Positions 48,766 through 63,190 of a DNA stretch of 64,000 nucleotides are shown here, piece by piece (the first letter of the stretch is position 1; each line of letters begins with the position of its first letter). Origin of the DNA: Patellaria atrata CBS 101060 (taxonomy: Eukaryota); assembly GCA_010093705.1 (NCBI GenBank), contig MU006091.1, positions 620,001 through 684,000 of the forward strand. The letters are read 5' to 3'. Made by a program: the position numbers and the translations under genes. The notes beneath the pieces are model-generated. The model was not told the origin of the DNA. It ran no database searches and saw nothing but the letters and a program-made list of their open reading frames with translations.

Positions 48766-49017
48766 ATTGGTCGGAAAGTACTGATCGACTACGCTTGATT
48801 AGAGGATATGAAATGATCACACTTACGAAAAGCACAAGACTGCTTCCAAAGGTCCACATGAAACGACAAGACATATTGTACAAGGAACCCATATTTGTAC
48901 AAACATTGGAATTTTGCGAAAGAAAATCTATATCTATGGATCATCACGGAGGTGTAGACTACTAACCATACACTGAGAATTTCACAGTAGGACAGGTCGT
49001 CTCACAAAGACCTATGT

Positions 49018-49695
49018 TCAACGACCCTTTAACCCCCTCCACTTCTTCTTCACCGTTTTAACCTTCCCTCGAATGACTTTTCTCGCCTCTTCCCTTGAGA
49101 GCCCCAATTTCCTTAACAGCTCATCGTACTCCGTATGCGTATGCCTCACATGGGCTTCAACCGCTAACGATGTCCGACGTTCCATACTCTCCTTCCCGGT
49201 CCTCCCAACCCGTCCCGACCCCTTCATAAACGCGTGCCCTAGAATCTTCTCGCGGTCAGGGGAGGGCATTGCAGGGTACCGGACGGACAGAGCTTCCCGT
49301 GCGTTTATGATGTCGCGCTCGTCTTTGCGGCGGACGGCGGCTTCTCGCTTGTCTACTGTGAGGAGAGCTTCTTTTCTAACGGATTTGTAGACGGTATGGG
49401 GAACGAAGAGCCCAATTCGCTTCTTTGAGTTCTCTTGCTGTACAGATGTAAGAATTATGATGGACAGGATTAGGAATAAACCTACGTATACAACGTGAAC
49501 CACTTGGCCGGCTTCGTGCGTTAATGTTGTGCAACGGCGTGTTATAAATACGTCTCCTTTCTTTACAAAGGTATAACCAGGGGGTGGTCGTAGTTTGTGG
49601 AGGGACTTGCTTGGAATTGACTTTCCAGCTTTTGGCTTGTGCGGCTTCCTGATGTGGGACCTGGGGACGAATTTCTTCTTGTGCCTTACAGCCAT
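49018..49695 (-). CDS. DUF2293-family basic protein; probable in-frame intron 49438-49485
   Basis: PPPGY.FV.KGD..ITR.C, YP.MP..D...I..HAF.KGSGRVGRT, LAV.AH.RH.HT.YD.LL, R.EAR..I...V...W. Confidence 0.85.
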   Translation of the reverse strand: MAVRHKKKFVPRSHIRKPHKPKAGKSIPSKSLHKLRPPPGYTFVKKGDVFITRRCTTLTHEAGQVVHVVYVGLFLILSIIILTSVQQENSKKRIGLFVPHTVYKSVRKEALLTVDKREAAVRRKDERDIINAREALSVRYPAMPSPDREKILGHAFMKGSGRVGRTGKESMERRTSLAVEAHVRHTHTEYDELLRKLGLSREEARKVIRGKVKTVKKKWRGLKGR

Positions 49696-50956
49696 TTTGA
49701 AGCTAGGTTATATGCTGTACGATCAAGTTCTGAGGTTACCCGTGCCTATCAGGTTTGCTCGCTGGAAAATTGATTTTGGTAGAGACACCAAGCTGGCAGC
49801 AACTGTAATATAGACCCATATTCCTGTTCAATAGAAAGATTGCGAAATTAAAAGTTATGGACAAAGAAGGCCTTCAATAAGGTGTATAAAGCAGATTGCT
49901 TGTGTGCTGCATTGAGCTTTGGGAGTCGCTGAGGTTGTGCCGCGGAATATGCTGAGTAAGCGGCAGGCGGGGCGGGGCGGGAAATGGGGAGTGAATCCTT
50001 GGCTCGCTTGATCCTTTTGGCTATCGAAACGTAACTAGGAGGCTGTCATACTTGTAGAGCTACCTTATTGGAGAAGCTCAAGTGGCAAGTTTGGCGAGAT
50101 ATGAGCCTTGAAGGCTGACCTGCGATGTGTACTGTACAGCAGATGCAATAAAGACTGGAGCTACTTTGTATTCTGTGCCTAAGGTAGAAGAGGTTTCAAA
50201 GGTCAAACATGACGGAGCCCCTTCAGAAATCATACTATTCACTCATTATAAACACGTGGTTCGAAGAGTCAAAGTACTGTCTCGACAGTTGACACACCCG
50301 GCGGCGAAGATGTTAAAAAAGTCAAAAAGTAGGAGAAAGCTGCCGTAATTCTAATCATATCCTACCCCGCTGTTAATGACTAAACAAAGCTAGCTTATTC
50401 ACCGGATTAGAGCCTCAGGTCTCCTGAAAGTTTCAAAAGTACTTCCATTCATGTTGATGTGATTGACCTACTTGTACCTATTCCTTCACTATTTCACCCT
50501 CTAAGCGCTGGGGATAAACTCGAAGAAAACAGTCTCCTACCGAGTCGCGACCGTTCCATCTTGCTTAACAAACGTTCTGGGCCGAGGAAGCAAGCAGACC
50601 AGCAGGCAGCGACGCAGATCGCCGAGCTGATTTCTTCGACACACGACTCCAATTCAGCCCTACAATTAAGGCTTCAAGCTTGGGATTTGACACTCGACCC
50701 TCAATTGTTCTCCACGCCTCATTCTTAGCCAGCTCAGTTTACCTGTTTGCGCTCATTATCCCCGTCCAATCAGTATAGTTGTAACTCCACCCCGCCATTT
50801 GAACGCCGTCATTCCCTTCAAGAATACGTTGGTGGCCGCCACTTGCCTTGAAGACTACCTCCCTCTCCCATCTGTCGCCTCTCTTCTCCTACTTCTATCG
50901 ATCTTCACCTAAATCTCTGAACCCGAGTTACTCCTGCGATTTCAATCTCCGCCACC

Positions 50957-52993
<2,037 letters not shown>

Positions 52994-53719
52994 TCTCCGC
53001 GTTGGCTCCAATCTGCATCTTTCCTCAGATGGCGTATGTTCTGGGTGTAGGGCAATTTCATGTCTAAGTATTGATGAAGGAAGTCTTTTTGAGTGGACTT
53101 TCTCCTTGCTGGTAAAGTTGCGACGGGGTTTCTGGTATCGGTGGAAAATATAATGAGAATGACTGAGAGTAGAAGGATACTATATCCCATGTGACCGAAC
53201 AAAATGAGCGTGAAGACTAGTAGCCACCGTGTGTACGTCCCGTGTTCGAGAACACATCTCACCGTATCGTATTAGCTCATGATTTGAACCCTTGAATGCC
53301 TTGCTCACTTCCATCTCAGTATCTGTGGATAGAAAGATGTGACCGTAGCAGCTGATTTAATGCGGGATGTTCGAGAAAGCTCTCAGAAATCTTATGTTAC
53401 TTCACTATTTCTAAGATTCTGTCTTTGAAGAGTTTCGTTTCACAATACAAAACTAGATAAGGAGGGGAACGCGTAAACTTAGTAGGTCGGAACAAAGTTC
53501 TTCGGAGATAACGGAGGACATATAAACTAACCTCGATTTGGGTCTGATAGCATCGTGACGGCACGACTGCGAGCTCCGGCTGACAAAAGCCGACGGTAAA
53601 GGGAATTTCGGGTCAATATTTCGAGGGGTAATAGCCTTATAATTCTGACATCTCGGTCCCTGCTTCATACCTTGATAAGCTTAGGAGGTACCCCAGCTTT
53701 CTCTACCAATTCTGAAGTT

Positions 53720-55031
53720 ATGAGCAAGGGAGGAGCAATGTCCCAAAATATCCCCGATCTACCGGAGCCAGCACATCCAGAGGTAGATTCAATGTTAGGG
53801 AGAAAATTTGGGAAAGAGGTCGCCAATTATTTCTCAGGTGGATCTACCACTCGTATATATACGCTCCACATGAGTTGAAGTCTAATTGATCCCAGGTTCA
53901 CCCCTCAATCGAGTCTCTTTCCTCCGTACCGACCATACTTTCCTCTCCCGAGCAATCCAACACCCAAGTACCTCCTTTGTCCTCCTAAACAACCTATGGC
54001 CCCTAACAAAATCCCCCACCGAACTGGCCAGAATCTCATATAAAGATGTCGAACCTCTCATAGGCGAAGAACCCTTTTTCCAACCCGAAGAAGACCAGAT
54101 AAAAGGCTTCAACTCCAGCACCTACATCCCCCAACTCCTCTTCCTAGGCCTAGACACCCGAATCCCCGACTCCCTCACCTACAAAGAGTACTACACCGGC
54201 GCCCCCTACTTCGCGCTGGACGTCACACCCAAGGGCACCATCACCGACGCCGCAACGGCCCTCATCGAGACCCTAGAAGCCCGCTCCCTAACCTTCATCT
54301 CTGACCGCATGCTCCTCTCCCTCTCGGCCCACGACGCCGCCATCTACGCCACCGCCCGCCAGGTCATGGACTGGAACCTGCGCAATCCCTTCTGCGCGCA
54401 GTGCGGCTACCCCACGCTCTCCGTAAACGCAGGCTTCAAGCGCGCTTGTCCACCCTCCGACCTCGCCGCCGAGCTTCCCGCCCGCGAACGTCCCCCCTGC
54501 GCCACCCGCACCGGGATATCAAACCTCTCGTTCCCGCGCACCGACCCGACAGTCATCATGGCCGTAGTGTCGGCAGACGGCACAAAAGTCCTCCTCGGCC
54601 GCGGCAAGCGCTACCCGAAATATTGGTACAGCACTCTCGCCGGCTTCCTCGAGCCCGGGGAGTCCGTCGAGGAGGCCGTCCGCCGCGAGGTCTGGGAAGA
54701 GGCGGGCGTCAGGTGCGGTCGCGTTGTCATCCACTCTACGCAGCCATGGCCGTATCCGGCGAACTTGATGATTGGGGCTATCGGACAGGCGGTCCCGGGC
54801 GGGGAGGAGATTCACCTCGGTCATGATCCTGAGCTTGAGGATGCGAAGTGGTATGAATTTGAGGAATTGAGGCAGGCGTTGAGGGTGGGGACGAGTGGGT
54901 TGGGAGAGGAAGCGGGGCAGGAGTATAGGGAGGGGGATTTGAGGTTGCCGCCCAAGACGGCGATTGCGAATCAGTTGCTCACGGCGGTCGTGAATGGGTT
55001 TGTGGGGGTCGAGAGCGAGAGTAAGATTTGA
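53720..55031 (+). CDS. NPY1: NADH pyrophosphatase / NAD-cap decapping Nudix hydrolase (NudC family), 2 exons
   Basis: NYFSG|SPLNRVSFLR via intron 53838-53895. W..RN.FC..CG, FPRTDP.VI, Nudix box GFLEPGESVEEAVRREVWEEAG, QPWPYPANLMIG. Ends in SKI. Confidence 0.94.
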
Positions 55032-55492
55032 GTGTATTGGTTCATCTGTCTGGGCATATAGAAAAGAGTTGATATCTATGGTGAATTTAGCACAGCGGAT
55101 GATGCATATGGTACGATTTCTTAGGGTCAGAGTTGCATATGATTCGGGTTAACGAGTTCATGTTTTCATAGATCTGCTGAGCTCAGATGGAAATGCTAAA
55201 TGCAAGAGGGTATATACAGTGGTAAGGATAGACAATAAATGTAGATCGTGGAACAGAAACGTAGATAGCAGGAATGAACGAATCAACCATTCAAATTTTC
55301 ACCAATATCGAACCCTCGAATTCTTCCAACGCAGTTCTCAAACCGTCTAATAAACTAACCTAGACAGACCCGAAACTCCTACGCTCATGGTACTCGTAAT
55401 GTGCTATTAAGGTTTTTGTACGTACGTGTTCGCGGCTCAGAAGCCGCACGTGGATCATTCCGGTTGACCAGATTACGCAAAGTTGGGGGGAT

Positions 55493-58134
55493 TTACGAGA
55501 TACCCCAACTCGCAGCCATCCCCGGCACAGGACTGAGCGCCTGCTGCGGCACCTGTGGCATCGGGGGCGGCGGATACCTCCCCATGCTCTCCGGGGGGCT
55601 TGGACTGGAATATCTAAACGTCTGCTGCGGCGGCGGCGGCGAGCGGACCCTCTTAACGTCAGGGGGTTGAGGGTGTCCAGAGAGTCGCGCGATTTGCGGC
55701 ATCGGCGACGTCGGGGGCATCATTGGTAGCTGGTGGACGGGTTGTAGCTGGTAAGCGGGTGTCAGGCCAGGGATCTTGAAATCAGTTTGCGGTGGATATG
55801 GGTACCCTTGCTGTTGTTGTTGTGGCATTAACTGCTGCTGCTGTTGTGGCATTAATTGTTGCGGATTCTGCGGTTGGTTGACGGCGGGCGGGATCTGCAT
55901 TTGCGGTCCGGCCATCGGCATAGGTGACCATTCGACGTGGATTGGTTGGTCTTTGTTGAGGCGCTGGCCGTTGAACCCTAAGTTGTGAGCTATTGTTTAG
56001 GGGGGAAAAAGATGAGAGAAACTTACAGAGCTCGAAGCGTATGTCGGCTGGGCCGATAATGACGCGGACTTGATAGTTAACTTTGAAGTATTTAGGTCCA
56101 GCACTCCAGAAATGTCTGTTCTTGGCTTCGAATTGGCCTTCGTCAATGCTGGAGAGATCGGCTTGGAGCTCGCATATGACGTGGGTGTTTCCGTCTACGT
56201 AGCTAGGGAGATATCGAGGATCGATCTGTGTACAAACGATGCTGGTTGGAAAGCCCTTTCTAGGATCGCTAGGGGCTACTTTTCGGGTGAATTCGTGGAT
56301 TATAGGTGTATCTGATGACACGGGATCTCCTTTTCGGATGAACCATGCGATGGCATTGGCGACGTAGAGCTTTCCGGTCATACTATCTTTTTGAGTAGGG
56401 ACGTTTGCATGATCCGGGTTATTCTTGTCATAAGGGACTTTGCAAATCGTCCCATACGATGCTCTAGCGCACCTCCAACCGATTACTGCATGCCCAACAT
56501 GGAATTTACGGAGACGATCGACGACAATACCTTTGCAAACTGCAAGCTGGGGGTCTGGTGCGATTCGTACCTGCATCGTACGTCCGGACGATTGCATATT
56601 GCCGCCTATTCCGTACCGTTGCCGTAGTTGATTTTGGACATATGCGGAGTTTCCAAGACCACCTGAGAGTACAAGATGGCTCTGTACAGAATTAGTAACT
56701 AACAGTGTGATGGAGGGGAAGTTGAACATACAACTTGCTCCAATGGCATCTTTGTTCTGAGATTATGGAGCTGTGAATCGATCAACCGGAACATCTTCTG
56801 TACTTGCTTATCGAACAATCGCTGCAAATCTTCTCTCGTAAATCTCATTTCGCCATTGTCGATACCCATGGTCCGGTTGAGATAGTTGGTTGACAGATGT
56901 GGTACGGTGATGGAAAACAGTGGTGTATCACTTGGACCGCCAAACTCGCACTTGGTGTTCTGGAATTCTTTGCTCTTCATCATCTCCCATGCGGCACCTT
57001 CTGCACTTATACCTATTGGCATAACTCGGTTTGCTTCCTCTAGACGTGCGCGAACGAATCGTTCAAAATCAAAATCAATGGCTGCTGAACCGATCGTATC
57101 ACCTGAGGAAAGTTAGAGCTGTACAATCAAGTTCCGTTGAGATCAGACATACCAAAAACAACATCAAGCTGTTGGAGAGATATTGAGTTACTTTGAGCAT
57201 TCGTCACACGAAGGACAGAAAGATCCTAATCACATGATTAGTGGAAAGTATTAATATTAGACCAACCTCTTGGGTACGTACTGTGGTTCCACCACCGGCA
57301 TCGCATACTAACAATATGTCTCGTTCCTATACACGATTAGCACCAGCTTTTCAACCCAATTAATCAGGGAACTCACTCTGAATATACCCGAAGCTTCGGT
57401 GGAAGTATGCACTGCGGCAGCTTCTGCTTCAGTAAGTCCAACACTCAGTTTGTGATTGTACAGCTCTCCAAATCCAGCTCTCTCTAGCATCTGTCGAAAG
57501 TTCTCGACAATCGGAGGGCTCCATGTCGTGGGTACACTGGTGATGAACTCTATCCTTGCATTCTGCCATGTTGTACTCTGAAGCTCTGGACCAAGTTTGA
57601 ATTCGATATGTTGATACAGTCGTCGGAGGTAGTCCTCGCACCATCTCTCCACCTCTATGGACGAGTTGGGTGCTTCAGTCGGGCGATCTATTTGTGCCTG
57701 TCGAAGCCTCCCAGGATCTATGAACGTCTTGAACCATTCTCGATATTCCTTATCGTGGCCGGTTTGCTCGTGGACGGTTTCTGAAAGGAAGCCCCAAGAT
57801 GAAGGTGCCTTCGAGCCTCGGGGGTACACCAGGACGGTTGGGACTTTATTCTCGTTCGCTTGCCCTCTTCCTGGCCACTTTTGTATCCATCGTACAGTAC
57901 TGGAACCAATAGAAAGATTTGCGTATGCTACCCCAGTGCCTACAAGACGAAGTAGATGTCAGTTACCTTGCACCTACAATCGCTCGATATATTGAGGTGA
58001 ATTCGTCGGACCGTCGGGTCGGTATTGGCGACCGATGTGTCCCACCAAGAACATCAACGCATGAGTGGGCATTATAACTTACATGTCATGCCAAAGTCAA
58101 CGCCGACAATCATATCAGGTCTTTGGTTCTCCAT
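55493..58134 (-). CDS. Atypical HSPA12-like Hsp70-fold ATPase with Gln/Pro-rich tail, 7 exons
   Basis: Spliced motifs IVGVDFGMT|CTGVA, WPG..NKVPT, SVPTTW, EAEAAA, VCDAGGGTT|DLS, GSAAID..F, LVLSGGLGNSAY, PQLAV.KG. No canonical substrate-binding lid or EEVD/HDEL end. Confidence 0.9.
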
Positions 58135-59016
58135 CTTGAACTGTCTTTGCAGTTACACAACGACTGTACGTCGGTGAGATGTATATGTTTGAGGGATGAA
58201 ATGATGTCAAAGACAGCGACGGATATCCTCTACTACATTCGAACGAGCAGGAATGCGATCCAAGGTGCTTACAAGGCCTGGATGATCTGAAAATCGCCCT
58301 TTGGAGAGCGGGAGTGGGAGCAGGTCTCGATGTCACTGGGCTTTCATGGCTTCCTGCAAAGCCTCTCTTCCCACCCAACTTCATACAGGATTCACTGCCC
58401 ATCATTGGTCTATTTTTATTCAGTAGCGAGTTTCCGTTCCGAAATCTAAGCCTTGCATACCTTCTAGGCCCCATGTCGTACTTTTGTACTGTATTGATTC
58501 CTTCGTTGTTAGAACTACCGTTAAGTTCTAGCACCGCGTTTCATGCTACTTTACTTGCCACGCTTGCATCTTCCCAAAGTCTATACCTTTTCTTCTAGAA
58601 TCCCAGTTTTCCACATATTCTTCATTATCATGCATTAACATGCTAGCGTCAGTCTTTCCTCTACTGTACTGAGAGATTCCGATCAATCCACTGTTTTTAT
58701 TCCGGTCTCTCCGCGTATTAAAACCACAAGTCACCACACATGGTACCGTACGGGTACGTACAGCGTTAGGCATGCCACTGTGGCTGGTCTGATCCAATCA
58801 TGTAGTGTTACAGACTGGTTTAGTTAATGTGCTGAATTGTTAATCCTCGTACTTGCTGGCTGAGTTCAGCTAGCGTAATCCTGCGACGTTCCCAATAATA
58901 TCATCTTAGCTTTCTGAGGAATATTATCAGCCCTTCTTCCGCACCTTACCTTGCGAACTTCTCATGACATCTTAACCTCACCTCTACAGTCAGCGCTTTG
59001 AGAAGAGAACATTAAC

Positions 59017-60314
59017 ATGAATTTCGACATGGAACGTCGACAGGAATCTGGATTTGGATTTCCTACTTCTACCGATTCCAAAGTTGCGGAAGCCCCAAGC
59101 AGCGCGGATATTGGAGTCGGATTTACTCAGACGAGCAGTACTTTACCTGAAGCAACCCTCAGCCGCGACCAAGATATTACTGGGACTGCTTCTACCTTAT
59201 CATCAAGCACCAGTGCACCTACTGGAGCTCTTCAGACCAAGCAACCGGACAGAGACTCGGATAGCGGAGATGGTGTAGCAACGGGTGCTGTCGCTGGCAT
59301 TGCGATAGGGAGTGCCGTAGCAGGCGCCCTCATCGCCTTCCTGATATTCTTCTTCCTCTTCAAGAAGCGAGGCAATAGGAGGGCTGGTAAAGAGGCGGAG
59401 ATTGAGCACTTGAACCGATACAGTCCTGCAATGGCATCCACAGAGAAGACAACCGCATTGAAAGGAAAAGGACTAGAAGCTGGATCTGCTGCATTAGTTG
59501 TTGAGAGCCACCTACCTCAACCGCTTGAAGACGATGCTATTGCTTCAGAGTTAACGAAATTGAAGATCCTGATCAAGAATCACGTCCAGAGCTATTACCA
59601 TCTGTCAGCCGTTGACGCAAGCCAAATTGCTGCCGACACCAGAACCATCGAAGCAGCGCTCCCTGGAACAGCTCTTACGCCATCCAGACTCGCTCAGTTC
59701 ATCGCAAACCCTACTTCGCGATACGCAGCTCTCCGTCTAGCCATCGCTTGGGTTGTTATCTCCAATGTAGATGTCATGAGTCCCCCTGAAACGACACTCT
59801 TACCTCCCGCGGTGGCCAAATGCGTCGAAACCATGACCGGAATGGAAGGGAACGAAGAGGGTAAGTTTTCACTTTACCTGTCACCAACGAGACAAATCCT
59901 AACTGATCCACAGCCCGTATGGCCTTCCTATCAAAATGGTGTTCCATCACCTCTACGTTGATGAAGCCGACCTACAGCCGCAATCCATTCTCCTCTTCCG
60001 ACCCGCGCAATCACAACATTGCCAAAGCAGTTGACGCTCTAGAGGCGCTACTCCGCCCCTACGCATCCGACCGCGTCTCCATATCCGAAAGACGCACAAA
60101 CCTCGAAGAGATCGTACGTCGTGGCGCCAGTTTCGCGTTCCTCCTGTTCAGCCAGCCCAGTTTCTTCACCTTCGAGTGGGAAGAGCAGAACGGGACCGAG
60201 GCCGGCAGTCTCGTCGTCTTCCCCGCGATGCTCCAGGTTGCAGATGAAGCCGCAGTACCGTTGGCGCGACCGAGAGTATTCGGTGACATGGAAGTCGTGC
60301 GGCGGTTAGCTTAA
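59017..60314 (+). CDS. Single-pass membrane protein with Ser/Thr-rich N-terminus and a cytosolic helical + beta domain, 2 exons
   Basis: TM GAVAGIAIGSAVAGALIAFLIFFFLF followed by KKR. LPQPLEDD..LKILIKNHV..YY. Intron 59861-59913. LEEIVRRGASFAFLLFSQPSFFTFEW..LVVFPAML.V.DE. Confidence 0.87.
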
Positions 60315-61702
60315 AAACGATCCTTTTCCCTTTTTATTTTTTTATAATACTTATATGAAATGGAACGGGGTGGGTTAATCGCTCCCCTGGAGTTGAAATT
60401 GTTTCATTTACACCATCTGGGAGGAGTATTTGGGTTCTGCATCGTGAGATGGGTCTATGATAATACTAGATCTTTCAACATCCGACTCGTCTCCCCGTCA
60501 CCTTAGAAACCTCGCAATGCATGCAAATCACTATCGTGAGCAATCTACCCAAAAATTTCAGCCCCCATTATTCACCGGAACATGAAGAGAAACTCAGCTG
60601 CATTTTGGCCCCCACACTCTTTACCTTAGAACCTAACCGGTATGCACAAGCCTGCATGGCGTTTTCCAGGGTCCGGCTATCCCGGAATTGCGGAACATGC
60701 TTAATCGCACCTCTACTCCTCCCTACTTTACAATACAGCCCCATGAACTAATTACCTTACCTACCAACAGCGCCGTGGAAGCACTGCCTCCGTCCTCCGC
60801 AAGATCAGTTAGCTACGACTCATCACACACACACGTTTCAAGTAAAAGATTCACTGATCTGCTGTGGTGAGGTCATTTTCATGCGTAGCACTCGTTGGGA
60901 GCAATCAGAATGTTGCAGGTTGGGGGCCAGAATCCTGCGGTTCGGAAGTGCTAAAGAGGGTACTGAGACGTCGGCGTGGATGGTTTCAGAGCGGGAAAGC
61001 CCGACGATGACTAAGCGGCCCTTTGAATAACTGAGGTTTTTAAAAGAGTATTATGTAGAATATTTTAAAGAATAGCTCTTGAAGTATATATCTCGTCTTT
61101 TCTATAATATTATTATTATTAATATTAGATAGAGCACGAATAGGCTTTCAAACAACACCAAAGACACTAGAAATAAAGCGATATTGACTGAGATAGCTCG
61201 ATTCAAAGCTTCAACAACTCGGGATTTGTGGCACAGATTCCCCTCCCTTTTGAGAAGCCAGAAGCGCTGGAAATATTAAATTCTAGTTGAGCATTTCCTG
61301 TCGAACCAGCAGAGTTCACGATTACCTCATCGACTTTTTTCCTGCAGTGGACTGCTCTGAAACGGAAGCTGAGCTCAGCCTTGATACAGCGAATAGAGAA
61401 TAGTGGATGCAGGAAACTGACTATTCTAAATTAAGAGAAGGCGCGTATGGGCTCCCGTCATTGCTTATATTAGTAGAATACCGTAACTCGGGTTACTCAA
61501 CACCTCAACACCAACGAAAACTTGAAATTAGAAGCAAAGTAAAGTTCAAAGATCTTTACATACTATCTTAACATTTTATTTAGAAATCAAATATTTTGAA
61601 CATGTTCCATAACTGTCTCAAGAAAATCTCCTGTGCCAGCGCCCCCGCTTGTATGTGCACTCTTCGAGTGCTTCAAATTGAACCCGCTTTCCTCTATTTC
61701 CC

Positions 61703-63190
61703 ATGGCTTCCAGACTCACTCCTCCTATCGAACATAGACAAGTCAAAGCAGAATTATCTATCGATTCCTGTATCGGCCAGGCCATTGAACTAAAGCTATA
61801 CAGCCACTTCAAACGACACTCAATCCGGACGATTCTCCTCGATTCCAAGGGAGGAAACGGAAACGTGGACCTAAAAAGGAGGAATCGGAAGAACAACGAC
61901 GGGAGCATGTACAGTCTACGCCCAAGCCAGCTGTACCGTTCATACCCCTTAACAAGAAGGATCTTTCGAAGTTGAACAAACTCAATCGCCAGAAAGGTGC
62001 AGTAGAATCGTTCGAGAACATGACGAACAAGCGACCTTGATCACAATCAAACATTACAGACCCCTCTGAGGGTAACGGCACGACAAACTCCGCACCCTCC
62101 AACAAATCGTCGCTCTCGCTGCACAATTTGATAGAATTGTTGTTCAGCATGATCAAATACCCAAGCATGTCTAGACGTGCTTCGATTCCATAATGGAGTC
62201 TCAAATCTCGGAGGAGGACAAGCATGAGGTTACTTCAATTGCAAAGTCCTTGCGCGATAAATTTGTAGACGTCTTGAAGGCTGCGTGTCGGGAAGATGAC
62301 TCTGTCGAACTGATCTTTCGTGCTCTGGACTTAATGAGCACAACGCTTCTAGATAATACCTATGCTATTCGCCGGAAAGCTGGAAAGATATTAATGCGCG
62401 GACGATTCGGATAGTTAACTCATATTGTCTCAGATTGGAATCTCCTCCTAAAACCCACCGTTCAACACCAACGCTACAGCTCTGTCCTTCTGGCTAAGCG
62501 CCGCAATCAAACGAACGGTGCTCTCGACGAGTCAAGTACGTAGAAACAGCGTCATATGACTCCAGACAGGTCAGCATCGGCTATGCCGCCACCTTAAATC
62601 TCCGCTCAATAAAAACGACGGCAACGTAAAAACCCCTTTTCCGGATATGACGATAAGATTTCGCCATAAAATTGTCGTCGCAAAGTCCAAATCTCTAGGC
62701 GTCCCCGAGCTTCAAGCCAACGACCTTTTGAACGATCTTCAACTCTCTGGAACGCTCATATCATGCCCGATGCATCACGCCATGCTTCTTCGATTCTCAT
62801 CATTCGTCGTTGGAGGTAAATCGTATGGAACTGGCAAGATCCTGTATGAGGCTGAGAACCAAGCCGCGGTCGTTGGAAGCATGATGCTTGTAATGCAGAA
62901 CCAGGTCCGAACTTGTCGGAAGCGGGTCCCTTGAATCACCTCTAGCCTTTTCAATCTACAGTCAAGGCCCTATAATAGAGCTTTGGGTCCATTACAACAT
63001 CTCCATAGACGATGTCCGCTACTAAAACATGAAATTCGTCCAAATTTATCACGCGTCGGCTTTAGATACGGTGATGGCATTCCTGCTGGCAATACTACGT
63101 ATCATGCGATGGGTCAAATCCACAGTTCTGGACAACGTCGCAGAGAAGCTTTCGAAGGTGTGGAAGGAAGCTCAAGATATTGTCACATAA
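61703..63190 (+). pseudogene. Pseudogene of a fungal PD-(D/E)XK nuclease-fold protein (DUF7924-like)
   Basis: Fragments REDDSVELIFRAL..RRKA|DWNLLLKP, VKTPFPDMTI, LRF..FVVGGKSYGTGK.LYEAENQAAV.G, PLAFSI..QGPIIELWVHY, FL..I..IM.W. Internal stops, frameshifts and a mutated intron donor (GAAAGA at 62383; branch GTTAAC; CAG at 62433). Confidence 0.75.

Noticed and set aside
61020..61600. Transposon remnant in the AT-rich stretch
   Set aside because: No terminal repeats, target-site duplication or transposase/RT motif could be seen.
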